Source: Malacoraja senta | Taxonomy: Eukaryota | Direction: 5' to 3' | Length of the DNA: 55,119 nucleotides | Assembly (NCBI GenBank): GCA_038087875.1 | Contig: JAXLNO010000272.1 | Location: forward strand, 1 to 55,119 | In this document: piece after piece, positions 12,403-24,650 of the stretch | How the letters are laid out: each line of letters starts with the position of its first letter | Position numbering within the stretch: position 1 is the stretch's first letter | Made by a program: the position numbers and the translations under genes | Notes under the pieces: model-generated | Told to the model about the DNA's origin: nothing | The model's database searches: none | The model's input: only the letters and a program-made list of their open reading frames with translations

Positions 12403-12984
12403 CCCTTAATTTGTACGTCGGTAGAATAATCTGGGAGAGGGTGTGTGTGTGGAGTGGCGGGAAATGTAGTGAGGAGAACAGAATGGAATTAAGATGAATA
12501 TAAATGGCTCATGATGATCAGTGGGGACTGAAGAATCTATCTCTGTGCTATATTTTCTGATGAACAGAAAATGCTGGAGTTATTCAAGCGGGACGGGTCT
12601 CAACCTGATTCATTCTATCCAGAGATGCTGCCTGTCCCATTGAGCTACTCCAGCATTTTGTGTCCATCTTTGATGTAAACCAGCATCTGCAGTTCATTCC
12701 TATACTATATTTATCTCCAGATCTACGAGAAATAAGAAAAATTGCAGGATTTCAAACTTGGATATCGTTAAGATAAATTTATAAAACACAAAAGAGATCT
12801 TTTGACTACACATACCTATGATCTCTGTATTTTGTTCGGGTTCAGACTGCAACATCAATATTGGAGCAGCCTCAGTAATTGCCCGTTAGTGCTGCTACTC
12901 CTTGAAGCACTATTTCACAAGATTAACTGCTTCTTATCTTGTAATAGCATTCAGCAACTGGCAGTTCCAGAGGAAGGCTGGTCA

Positions 12985-14040
12985 TAGTCAAGGAGTCATC
13001 GTCATAGAGTGATACAGTGTGGAAAAAGACCCTTTGGCCTAACTTGCCCACACCGGCCAACACTACACTACACTAGTCCCACCTGCCTGCGCTTGGTCCA
13101 TATCCCTTCAAGCCTGTCCTATCCATGTACATGTCTAACTTTTTCTTAAACAATGGAATAGTCCCAGCTTTTACTACCTTCTCTGGTAGCTTGTCCCATA
13201 CACTCACCACCCTCTGTGTGAAAAAGTTACCCTTTGGATTCCTATTAAATCTTTTCCCCTTCAACTTGAACCAATGTCCTCTGGTCCTCGATTCCCCTAC
13301 TCTAGGCAAGAGACCCTGTTCATCTACCCGATCTATCCCTCTCATGATTTTATACACCTGTATAAGATCGCCCCTCATCCTCCTGCGCTCCATGGAATCG
13401 AGACCCAGCCTACTCAACCTCCCCCTTTAACTTACACCCTCTAGTCTGGGCAATACCCTTGTAAATCTTTTCTGAACCCTTTCAAGCTTGACAATATCTT
13501 TCCTATAACATGGTGCCCAGAACTGAACACAATATTTTAAATGCGGTCTCACCAACATTTTATACAACTACAACTCCCAACTTCTATACTCAATACTCTG
13601 ACTGATGAAGGCCAAAGTACCAAAAGCCTTCTTGACCACCTTATGTACCTGTGACTCGACCTTCAAGGAACCATGCACCTGTACTCCTAGATCCCTCTGC
13701 TCTACTACACTACTCAGAGGCCTACCATTTACTGTGCAAAATGCAATACCTCACACTTCTCTGTATTGAATTCCATCAACCATTGCTCTGCCCACCTGGC
13801 CAACCGATCCAGATCCTGCTGCAATCTTTCACAAACATCTTCACTATCTGCAAAACCACTCACTTTTGTATCATCAGCAAACTTGCTAATCTTGCCCTGA
13901 ATGTTCTCATCCAAATCATTGATGGAGATGACAAACAGTAACGGGCCCAGCACCGAACCCTGAGGCACACCACTGGTCACAGGCCTCCAATCGGAGAAGC
14001 AACCTTCCACCATCACCTTCTGCTTCCTTCCATGGAGTCA
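12985..14040 (-). mobile_element. CR1 LINE 3' fragment
   Basis: GVPQGSVLGPLLF, ISKFADDTK, RRMRGDLIQVYK, FFTQRVV. Confidence 0.9.
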
Positions 14041-14366
14041 ATCCTTACAAAAAAAAATTGTAAGGATACCAAGTGGCTCTGTAAGCTGTTTCATGAATGA
14101 AGTTTAAATTAGCGAATGTTTCCTTGTTTATTTCATGGCCATCTGGAACCAGAGTGCCCTGCCCATATTACGTCATTCCCACATATACATATTGCTACGC
14201 AGGCAAACAAAGTAGTCCTTGTGATATAACAAAGTAGTCCTTGCAGTATCACAGGCCAAATGGCCTGTTTCCATGCTGTATGACACATTTCCCTCACATC
14301 TAGAAATGTACAGATCTCCTTCTTGAATATGCACAGTGACTGACCCCCCTCCAAAATTATTCTGGG

Positions 14367-14458
14367 GAGAGAATAGGCCAAAGTCAGCATGCTTTTGTGA
14401 AGGGGATGTCTTGCCTGACAAATCTGTTGGAATTCTTTGAAGAAGTAAATAGCAGGAC
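14367..14458 (+). mobile_element. CR1 RT fragment, left part of the host of the RTEX-like LINE
   Basis: SQHAFVKGMSCLTNLLEFFEEVNSR continues at 23421 as RTDKGESVDVV. Confidence 0.85.
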
Positions 14459-15110
14459 TTCGCCACCGACAGTACAGACGGAACGCAAGACAGCGGAAAC
14501 CTAGAGTGACACAGCAGCAAGCCACAGTCGGCAGATACGGAAGTCTATATCTGAGTGAAAATTTTCAGAAATTACTTAGCCATCCGTACTCAACCGTGCA
14601 ACATTCAACTTATTTGACTCTTTTAGCAAACATTAGTGGTGTTTTTTATCGCGATATGAGGTATTTTTAGTGTTTCTAACCATGTTAATGAAGTGGCTGG
14701 AAAAGGGCAGCCATCTTGGATTTTCATTTCAATTGCGCATGGATACAGCAGTGGTGTGGACTATAAGCAGTATTCATTGGCAGACATTGTGGGACAACAT
14801 AAAGGGAAGAAGCCTCTTGATTTCATTATTATTGATTGAATCGCTGAGATACACTGTAGAACAACACAACAGCATCGGAAGCATACTGTTGTAATGCCTG
14901 TTTGTGAGACAACAAATTCAACCATTGGAAACAAACTCTACAGATGACCAACACCTGGTTTTTCATAAAGGGTTCTCACACTTAATCCTGAGAGAAGATT
15001 GCATGAGATACACATGAATTTACATCAACAGTTACAGACTCTTGTCTAGACCAGCAATCTGTACGACTATTGAAATGAGGCCGAAGAAACACATTGGGTT
15101 TCTCATTACT

Positions 15111-15149
15111 TTGCTGTTATCTGGGGATGTTAGTCTAAACCCTGGGCCT
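15111..15149 (+). other. 2A/StopGo-like peptide LLLSGDVSLNPGP
   Basis: Matches GD(V/I)ExNPGP except S replaces E; hydrophobic tract upstream. Confidence 0.7.
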
Positions 15150-15152
15150 TCA

Positions 15153-15485
15153 AACTGTGGGAGCTGTAACAAGCTGGTAACAAAACACCGAAGAAAACTT
15201 CAGTGCATAGATTGTGATGCAATATGTATCATGTCAAATGTACTTACGTGACTATCAAGGAATATACAGTATGAGCATTACAAAGCAGAATCTTTCATGG
15301 CAATGCACAAACTGTAAACCTGAACCATGTGGGGTGGGCAATGAGATGGTAACTAGCCAGCACAAGGGTATAGAATGTGATGGATTTCAAGGATGGATAC
15401 ATGCTGCATGCGGTGGAGTGGATGATGTAACATACAGCAGCTTTGAAGGGAAAAATTGTGTCTGGATCTGTCCAATATGTGAAAT
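15153..15485 (+). pseudogene. Two PHD-type zinc fingers of the LINE protein (frameshifted)
   Basis: CGSC..LQCIDCD..H..C..WQCTNC and CGVG..GIECDG.QGWIHAAC..WICPIC. Confidence 0.75.
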
Positions 15486-15530
15486 TATGAACATTTCTGA
15501 AACATTGTTTAATTCATCATTTGAAAGTAA

Positions 15531-16153
15531 AGGCTCTGTCTTACGGTGTTGCGGTCATCGGCGGTGAAGCGCGGCTTCGCCTGTAGAGTGGACCGCACGG
15601 CAACGGCGAGAGCGCTGAGCCTATGCCACGGGAGCGCCGCACGGATGCTGCGCGGGCGCCGAGTGATTTAAATACGGCTGGTCCCACGTGCTTGCGGTAA
15701 GTTAAAAAAAAGGGCGGGCCGACTGCGATGACGTCATTTTGGATCTGCGGGGCTGTGGCGGCGGCCGTCCTGATCGCGGCGCTGTAGCGGTGGCTGTGGC
15801 GGCGGCCGTCCTGATCGCGGCGCTGTAGCGGTGGCTGTGGCGGCGGCCGTGCCGCACACGTGCCTCACTGGCGGAGGCTGTGGCGGTGCAAGTTCGACGC
15901 ACGGCGCTCGAGCCACACTGGCGGCAGCTGTGGCGGCGGCCTTGCCGCACTCGTGCCTCACTGGCGGAGGCTGTGCGGTAGGGACATATTTTTGAACAGT
16001 GTTGGTTTTATTTTAGCACCGTGCGGTGTTGGGAACAACGCCGCACGGCCCCGGAATTGTGCGTTTGACCGAGTGCGCGGTCTATGGCGGCCCAGGAGCG
16101 GTAGATTCTTCCCGTTTCGCTGCCAATGACCGCAGACTCGTGAGACAGGCCTT
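15531..16153. mobile_element. PIF/Harbinger-type MITE, GC-rich, with internal tandem repeats
   Basis: Imperfect ~40-bp TIRs (AGGCTCTGTCTTACG.. / ..CGTGAGACAGGCCTT); TAA TSD at 15528-15530 and 16154-16156; removing it restores LINE frame SFESNTSNRF. Confidence 0.85.
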
Positions 16154-18285
16154 TAACACATCAAACCGTTTTTTTATCCTGAATGATGATGATGGAGGTG
16201 ACACATTTATTGGTAATATAACATCCCCTAAACCTCATAGAGCTACGACGACAGTTAAAAACAAGTTAACAAAATGTAAAGGCAGGAACTCACAAAAAAT
16301 TATGGTGGTAAATTTTCAGAGCATTAGGAATAAAACTTCTGAAGTAAAGGTACTTTTGGATCAGTATAATCCTGATATTGTGCAAGGGACAGAAACTTGG
16401 CTTTCACAGGACATTAATAGTAATGAGATTTTCCCGGATATATATGATGTCTATCGAAGGGACAGACGGGACGGAATTCATGGTGGCATCTTAATAGCAT
16501 GTAAAAAGGATATTATTATGATTCGTAAAGAAGAGATTGAAGTAGATAGTGAATTAATGTGGAACCAAATTGAGTTGAAAGGACGGCACTCACTTTTAAT
16601 AGGTACTGCTTATAAGCCCAGACACAATGATAAACAGTTTGTAAGTGAACTTGAGAATTCATTTGAGAAAATATGCAATAAATGCAAGGGATACAATATA
16701 GTACTTTCAGGTGACTTTAATCAGCCTAATATTAATTGGGAAGGCTCAACAGTAGTGCAGGATCAATCTGCATCCAAGGATACAGCTGAACTACTAGTGG
16801 GCGCTGTAATGGGTTTTGGACTGAACCAACATGGTTAATAAACCAACAAGAAGAGGTATTCACAAATAACACCAGTCTTGTTCAGGGTACTAAGGTGGAA
16901 GCAGGTGGAAGCGACCATGACAGTTATTGTGGACCTGGATCTGACAGCCAAGTGGAAATGACAACCTAGAAGGAAATACTACGTACGGCGGAAAGCAAAC
17001 GAGGAACTGATCAATGCAGACCTGGATGCTTTACGGGACCATTATCTCTCAATGGGGAATGCTCCTATTCAGGAGAAGTGGGACACTTTTGAAACTGAAA
17101 TAAAGCATTTTCTTTAGGAGAGACATATTCCAAAAAAAACAACAGCCAAACCAAATACCCTACCCTGGTTCACCTGACATCACCACAGACTCAGGCGTAA
17201 GAAACAGAGGGCATACAATAAAGCAAAGAAGACAAAAGACAAAGAAGATTGGGATTCCTTTGTAAATTGCCAGAAGGAATTATGGAAACCTCTGAATAGA
17301 GCCGAACAAGACTTTGTCTCAAACAACCTTATCACAGCAATGAAAGAAAACGTCAAGTAATTTGGGTCTTATATGAAACGTTTGGGTAACGGAGAGAAGG
17401 GAGTTGCAGACCTCATGGTGAACAACACAGTTGTAAGTGACGGGAAAGGGAAGGTCAAAGCACTTAATGCTCAATTCACCAGTGTATTTACGAGGGAAAA
17501 CAAGTCATACATTCCATCGATGGGAAACGGTAAAATACAGGATATCCCTGAACTAGTGAAAGCAGCAGGCCCAGATCAGTTGCCACCATGGTTTCTAAAG
17601 ATGTTTGCACCGAAAATAGCACCCATACTCACAGATTTATTCCAGTCATCAATTGATTGTGGGTCACTTCCACGACAGTGGAAGGAAGCAAACATCTGTG
17701 CAATATTTAAGAAGGGCAATAAGGCTGCGCCTGAGAATAGTAAGATTAAACGAGAACTTACCAGTTTGAAGTTTGATCTTTATTTTATGAGGAGTTACGT
17801 TGGTGATTACGTGAAGAACCCCGTCAGGGCGCATGCGCGTCAATCTTCAAAGCAGCGGTATGAAATCACAGACAACACCATAATTGAAGTAACATATTAA
17901 GATGATCAACATGAGAACTACCATTATGACCTTTTTTCTATGAGAGAGGGTTGGGCGTGGTGGGCACATAATCACCAACGTAACTCCTCATAAAATAAAG
18001 ATCAAACTTCAAACTGGTAAGTTCTCGTTTAATCTTACTATTTTACTTCGGAGTCACGTGAGTGACTACGTGAAGATTTTAAAGCTCTGTGATTTTTATG
18101 CCGCAGATCAAAATCCCGGCTTCTCACTGCATCGATTGACTGAGTATCATCAATAATGCTGTAAACATGACATTGCATATCATGCAAAAACAAAACAGTT
18201 TTATTTTTGGTCATAAAACCACCAATAAACCCTCTTAATGTAGGGCAACAAACGAAACAGAATGAAACAGTATTGAAAACTGACT

Positions 18286-19263
18286 TTAAACAATAGCAAT
18301 AGCACTCAATATTGAGTTGGCAAACAGCCCTCCATCGGCAATCGGCCGATGGTAGTATTGCTGAAACACAAATTCATTTTTCCAACCTGCGGCTTTTAAT
18401 ATATGGTCGATGGGAACGTCCATCGCCCTGGCCGCAGATGTTGCTACTGCGCTAGTGGAATGAGATGTAAACACATAAATGTTAATTCCTGCCTGAACCA
18501 ACTCTTGCTTTAACCACCTTGAGATAGTCTGAACTGCCACTCTTTTATGTTGGCTTCTTGTAACTGAGAAATAATCCTGTTTCTTCTTGTCTTAAAGCCC
18601 TTGCGGCTTCAATGTAATGTAACAAATGTGTCCTTACACATAAACATGGAGCTGTAGGATATGCTGAGAACACAATCTTAAAACCTGTCACACCTGGCCT
18701 GCTTTGTTTGAGCAGGTCAGAAATATAAACCATAACATTCTCTGTATTCACTTCCATTCTCTCGAACTGAAGTTTTTGGAAAGTCTGCACTCTCTGTACT
18801 GACACCAATGCCATTAGCATAGCCAATTTCATGGTTAATTTTAACAAAGTTATAGACGTGACAGGGACCCAATGACGAAGTATGTTACGAACAACACTTA
18901 CCTCGTAGATTACCATATACCTAGGCTTAGGTGGTTTGGAATTAAAGATTCCTTTCATCAACCTAGATATGAGAGGGTGAGAACCTATACTTTGTGTCCG
19001 TGTACCTATTACAAAATATGCCGACCAAGCACTTCTAGCTGTATTGATAGCAGTATAGCTAAGACCCTCATCATAATAAAGTGTAGATAAACTCTAACAC
19101 ATTTTCAATAACTACAGTATCATATTGAATATTCTTTTGAACACAATATTGTTCCCATTTTTTTTTTTTTTCATGTCATATACTGTTTTTGAGTACTGTT
19201 TCTCCAGACTGCAGCGAGTATATCCACCATTGGCCTAGAAAGTCCTCGACCAATGTAAGGCAT
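18286..19263 (-). pseudogene. DIRS tyrosine recombinase, frameshifted
   Basis: MKGIFNSKPPKPRY, QRVQT, SHST(S)A, AAGW..F.QYY.RPI. Confidence 0.88.
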
Positions 19264-19269
19264 TCTTAA

Positions 19270-21000
19270 AACCTGCAAATTAACAGATCCATACCATCAC
19301 ATAACGGATGAACAATGTGTTACTGGATGCTCCAGCAAATTCCTACTGTTCGGAATCAGCAAAAAGAGGTTGGATCGCTATCTGTAACATCAAAGGGAAC
19401 CATGGTTGAATCAGGCAATTTGGTATCACCAAAACCCCTGAAGCGGCATCCTGCTTGATTTTCTCAAACACCGACCTATGAGGCAGAATGGTGGGAAAAT
19501 GTACACAAACATATCATCCCAATTTAGTGAAAAAACATCAATTGCCACTGCCCCTGGATCTGGTGCCTATGAAACATATTTTGGCCTTCCATATAGGAAG
19601 TACTATGTTCTTGAACTCATCCTGGTTCCACATCCACTCTGTGTTATGATGGAATTTTCGTGAGCTGCCATCTGGTACTACATTAAGTTTCCCTGGCAGA
19701 TAGATAGCTCCAATCCAAATCTCTCTATCCCTACTCCAGGTCCAATTGTATTTGCCAACCTGTCACATAACAATTTGATTCCACCCATGCGATTCATATC
19801 AGCAACTGCTGTAGTGTTGTCTATTTTGCACTGCACATGCAAACTAGTTTAGTTAGTGCCATAAGCCTTGAGTCCATAAAATACTCTTGGTTAATTCCCC
19901 ATGTTTGCAGAAGCAATGTTCATCTGTCTCCACCGCTGGATCTTGCATCAGTAGCACCCTACCCAAGTGCTCTGACATCTGTCTGCAAATCATGGAAGCT
20001 TGGTCCAATAACACTTTGGAACTACTAGTGGACACACGCTGAATCCACCATTGTACATCAGCAACAGCCTCTATTGATAGAAGCATAGGTCTATTATAAT
20101 GACCCCAATGTATCCTCAATGCTTGTTCCTTTGACCTTTGTAATTGTAGATAATAAAGTGGCCATATTGAACTGCTGGAAATGCTGCCAGCCATTACCAC
20201 AGCAGACTTGTCACCTGGCTAATTGAAGGCTGTGTGTCAGCAATTAACTTGATATAGCTCTTAATTAGCTGTACCCTTTTTTGCCTGGGCAAGGTCACAA
20301 TGATGTTGATTAAGTCCATTGTGAACCCAACTAGTCAATTTGTGTCACAGGTATAGATTTAGATTTCTCTGGATAGCTTATAAAGCCCAATTAAAAATGG
20401 TTTTTACCAACTGCCACTGATGCTTCAGCTGTTTCCTTTGATTGTCCTACAATCAAGATATTATCTAGCTAAGCCATGAGCACATGACCTTGACGTCTCA
20501 TCATGCCTAGAATAGGTTTTAACAACTTTGTAATCCCTCTAGGAGCTGAAGAGAAACCATTAGGCAGTGGATTGTATTGGCATAATTGCCCCATCCAGCT
20601 GAATTTTAAATCTTCTATCCTGCAAATGAACAGACACTGAATCCGCATCTTTAAGATCTCCTTCACAAACGTTTCCATCTTAAAATGTCTATACCGTACA
20701 AAAGGGTTGAGACTATTCAGGTCTGTATAATTCTGCATCCCCCCATCCTTTTTTGGTCTGGGAAAGATATTGGACACAAACTGATGGCTTTGGTAAACTG
20801 CCTTAGCAATTATACCTTTATTACATAAGCTTGCAAGTTCCAGCTGAACTTCCAATTGTTCAGTGATACTGAAGTCAAACTCCTTTTTTGGAACATGTTG
20901 CCTGGGTAAATCAGAATTTGCATTAAGCTTTATTCGATGCCCTTGAATAACCTTCAGTATAAACATATCTGAGGTAAACATTTAATTGTATCACATTAGA
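19270..21000 (-). pseudogene. DIRS RT/RNase H and methyltransferase remnants
   Basis: FVSNIFPRPKKDGG, HFKMET, LPNGFSSAPR; YLDD mutated to stop-LDN; colinear with copy 2. Confidence 0.85.
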
Positions 21001-23420
21001 TCTGTCTACATGAGAACCAGACCCTCTTACCTCCTTACCACCTGGCATTCTTCCCCAGCCTTGAGCTGGATATCTCACCTCTGTGGCGGTGCTACAGCCG
21101 AACGCCAACTGCGCTGCATCGTAGCTGGACTCGTCCCTTGCCCGGACCAGTCTGCTCCCTTATAGGGATACTTCCGCTTTGGTGAATATGTGGCTGCCGT
21201 CTTAGCCTCCTCCTCCAGCTCCTTCACCTGCTGTGCGAAATCCTCGTCAAACAGCTGTGCCGGTTGCACTGTGCCAGGCTGGCAGAGTGAAGCATATTTA
21301 GCATTGATGGTTGGTCTAATCGCATCTTGCGGAGGCAGTTGATCTCAAAGTGGGCACTCCACAATAGCGCCTTTTGTTGTAATTTGTCATGGCCTCTCCA
21401 TCCACCAGCGGACCTCTCCTAGGCACTGCCAGCGGAGCCTTCCCTAAGGCTTCCCGCCTGCACAACTCCTCCTGGAGTGTGGCTTTATGAAGCAGACCTC
21501 TCCTAGGCACTGCCAGTGGAGCCTTCTCTGTGGCTTCCCTCCTGCATTACTCCTCCTGGAGCGTCTCTGTGGAGCAGCCCCTGTATGAGCTGCTCCTTTT
21601 GGGTAACCGCTGGGGAACGGTATCCTGTCCCCGACGGGACTCTCGTGGCCCGACTCTGCGGAGTCTATAGCCCTTACTGACTTGGGTTATGCCGACCGCC
21701 CGACTGGCGTTGGCTGTGTACCCGGCTGGGCACTTTGCCAAGTCTATCGCCGCACCGCTACCGGCTTGCGACTCCCCCGAGGTGACAGGCTGCCTTTCAG
21801 AAACTGCGCTCCCGCAGCTCTCTCGCTCCTTGTCGGCAGCAGCCTGCACCTTTTCCTTGTTCCTGTATGTGGGGAAAAAAGAACACACAGAAACACTTTC
21901 TTACTTTTTTCTAACTCCTCCAAAGTCTCCCCGACTTTGGTGGAGCTGTAATTACTCACCTTGCAGCAGGAGCTGCGTGCTCCCGCTGCCGTTGTCGCCA
22001 ATGCGTCAGACGTAATGACGCGCATGCGCCCTGATGGGGTTCTTCACGTAGTCACTCACGTGACTCCGAAGTAAAATTACAGACCAGTTTCACTGACCAG
22101 TGTTACATGTAAGATCATAGAACACATCATACACTCTCACATCATGGACCATTTCGAAAAGAATGGGATACTGGTGAACTCACAACATGGCTTCAGAGCA
22201 AAACGTTCAACGGAAACACAACTTATTGTCACTATTGATGACATCACAAGGGCATTAGATAAGGGGAAATCTATACATAGGGCAATCCTAGACTTTTCGA
22301 AAGCGTTCGATAAAGTTCCTCATGAAAGGCTCCGAGGAAAACTGGATTACTATGGCATCAGAAATAGTCTACATAACTGGATTAGGGACTTTCTCACAAA
22401 CCAGACGCAGAGGGTGGCCTGTGAAGGAAACATTTCTTTAGAAGAACAAGTACTGTCAGGAGTACCCCAGGGCATGGTCCTCGGACCACTGTTGTTCCTG
22501 ACGTACATTAATGATCGACCTGAACACATAAATTGTAAAACAAGACACTTCGCCAATGATTGTTTTGTATATACACCTGTCACTGATGTAGAGGATATGA
22601 ACTCCTTACAAGAAGACCTTAAATCCTTGGAATTATGGAAAAACACATGGAAGATGAGCTTCAACCCAACCAAATGCTCAATTATGGTAATTGCAAACAA
22701 GACGAAACCACCTACTTGAGACTACGTCTTCTGTGGACAAATACTTCATCGTACAAGTTCACAACCATACCTTGGAGTTCATCTTGATAGCAAGCTTTCA
22801 TGGGGGGAACACGTGGACAACACGGTCACTAAAGCCAACTGAATACTAGGATTCCTTAGACGAAACCTCTGGTTCTGCCCAAAGGAAGTGAAAACCACAG
22901 CATATACAACATTGGTTAGACCCTTACTGGAATACGCTTCATGCACCTGGGACCCATACAAAACTGGTCATATCAACAAACTAGAAGGGGTACAGGGGAA
23001 AGCAGCTTTTGCATCAGGAACTACAATAGAGGTAGCAGTGTCACCCAGATGCTGTCTGACCTGGAGTGGGAAACGCTGGAAACAAGAAGGGCAAGGAACA
23101 GACTAGCCATGTTGTACAAGATTCAAAAGGGGATCGTGGGCATAACTGCAGATAGATACATAACATACTCAACAGAAAGGAGAACAAGAAAGAGAAATGA
23201 TATGCAAATAGAAACCCCATTTGCCAGGACAGATATTTATAAGAACTCATTCTTTGTAAGAACCTTAAGGGAATGGAATAAACTAGACAACAATATAGTC
23301 AAACACCTTCACCAGACAGTTTTAAGGGGGCACTAACAGCACATTAGTATGTACAACACATCCAAGTTGGCGATATGCAGAGTACTGCCCTGCCGACTAC
23401 AAATTCAGAAGGTTCAGAAG

Positions 23421-24128
23421 GCAGGACAGACAAAGGTGAGTCGGTGGATGTTGTTCAACTGGATTTTCTGAAGGCCTTTGATAAAGTGCCACACGTGAGG
23501 CTGCTAAAGAAGATGAGAGCCCATAATGTCAGAGGGAAGATACCAGCATGGATAGCGGGTTGGTTGGATGGCAGAAGGCAGAGAGGGGGAATAAAAGAGG
23601 CTTTTTCTGATTTGATACCACTGACTAGTGGTATTCCGCAGGGGTCAGTGCTTGGGTGCCGCTACTCTTCACGATGTATATCAATTATTTGGATGATGGA
23701 ATTGATGGCTTTGTGGCTAAGTTTGCAGATGGTACAAAGAGAGGTGGAGGGGCAGGTAGTGTAAAGGAAGCAGGGAGTCTGCAGAAGAACTTGGACAGGT
23801 TGGGAGAGTGGGCAGAGAAGTGACAGATGGAATACAGCGCAGCAAAGTCTGTGACCATGCACGTTAGTAGTAGAAATAACTATTCCTATTTCCTATATGG
23901 GGAGAGGATTCAGAAATCGGAGGTGCAAAGGGACTTAGGAGCACGGTGTAGGATTCTCAAAAGATTAATCGGTAGTAAGGAAGGCAAACACAATGTGAGC
24001 ATTTATTTCAAAGAGGATTTGAATGTAAAAACAGGGATGCAATACTGAGGCTTTATAAGGCGCTGGTCAGACCACATTTAAAGTATCGTGAGCAGTTTTG
24101 GGCCCCATATCTGAGGAGGGATGCGCTA
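23421..24128 (+). mobile_element. CR1 RT fragment, right part of the host
   Basis: LDFLKAFDKVPH, SGIPQGSVLG, KFADGTK. Confidence 0.85.
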
Positions 24129-24350
24129 CAGTGTTTACATAATAGGCCCGAGGCTGGGTATCCTCGGGTGAGTGTCTCACCTCCTGACATTCACACAGCG
24201 TTCTCATCTTCAACATCTCATCTTCAAAGTCCAAAGCCTGATGGAATACTCTTCACCTGCCCGGGTGAGTGCATCTCCAACCTCTAATGAACACCAGGAC
24301 AAAGCCGCCCATTTAATTGACGCCTCACCCACCCTATTAAACATTCACTA

Positions 24351-24650
24351 GGCACGGTGGTGCAGCGGTAGAGTTGCTGCCTTACACCACGTACACTGCC
24401 AGAGACCCGGGATCGATCCTGGCCAAGAGTGCTTGTCTATACGGAGTTTGTACGTTCTCCCCATGACCTGCGTGGGTTTTCTCAGAGAACTTCAGTTTCC
24501 TCCCACACTCTAAAAGGCGGACAGGTTTGTAGGTTAATTGGCTTGGTATAAATGTTTAAAAAAATCCCTAGCGTAGGATAGTGTTAATATGCGGAGATCG
24601 CCGGTCAGTGCGGACTCAGTGGGTCGAAGGGCCTGTCTCTAAACTAAACT
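24351..24650 (+). mobile_element. HE1-like V-SINE
   Basis: Head, core and (CTAAA)n tail. Confidence 0.88.

Larger units (their letters stand above)
17739..22077 (-). mobile_element. DIRS1-type tyrosine recombinase retrotransposon, copy 1 (structurally complete, ORFs broken)
   Basis: Inverted terminal repeats; internal complementary region at ~17966-18076; gag, RT/RNase H, methyltransferase and YR remnants; removing it restores host frame PENYRPVSLT. Confidence 0.93.
14459..23420 (+). mobile_element. Full-length decayed RTEX-like non-LTR retrotransposon (2A-like peptide, 2 PHD fingers, APE, RT); ~4.0 kb after removing two nested inserts
   Basis: 7-bp TSD GCAGGAC (14452-14458, 23421-23427); (TTCAGAAGG)2 tail; APE motifs VNFQSIRNK, GTETWL, GDFNQP; RT motifs NYRPVSLT, DFSKAFDKV, GVPQG; C-terminal AYTTLVRPLLEYAS..WDP and SFFVRTLREWN. 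Clade inferred from motifs. Confidence 0.85.

Noticed and set aside
15214..15567. Host PHD-finger gene exon
   Set aside because: Inside the TSD-bounded LINE and continuous with its endonuclease once the MITE is removed
15702..16129. Ala/Arg-rich ORFs or CRISPR-like array
   Set aside because: Tandem repeats within a MITE; no unique spacers or cas genes; eukaryotic DNA
17739..18045. Stand-alone MITE suggested by the long inverted repeat (also 53235-53547)
   Set aside because: It is the DIRS right terminus pairing with its ICR
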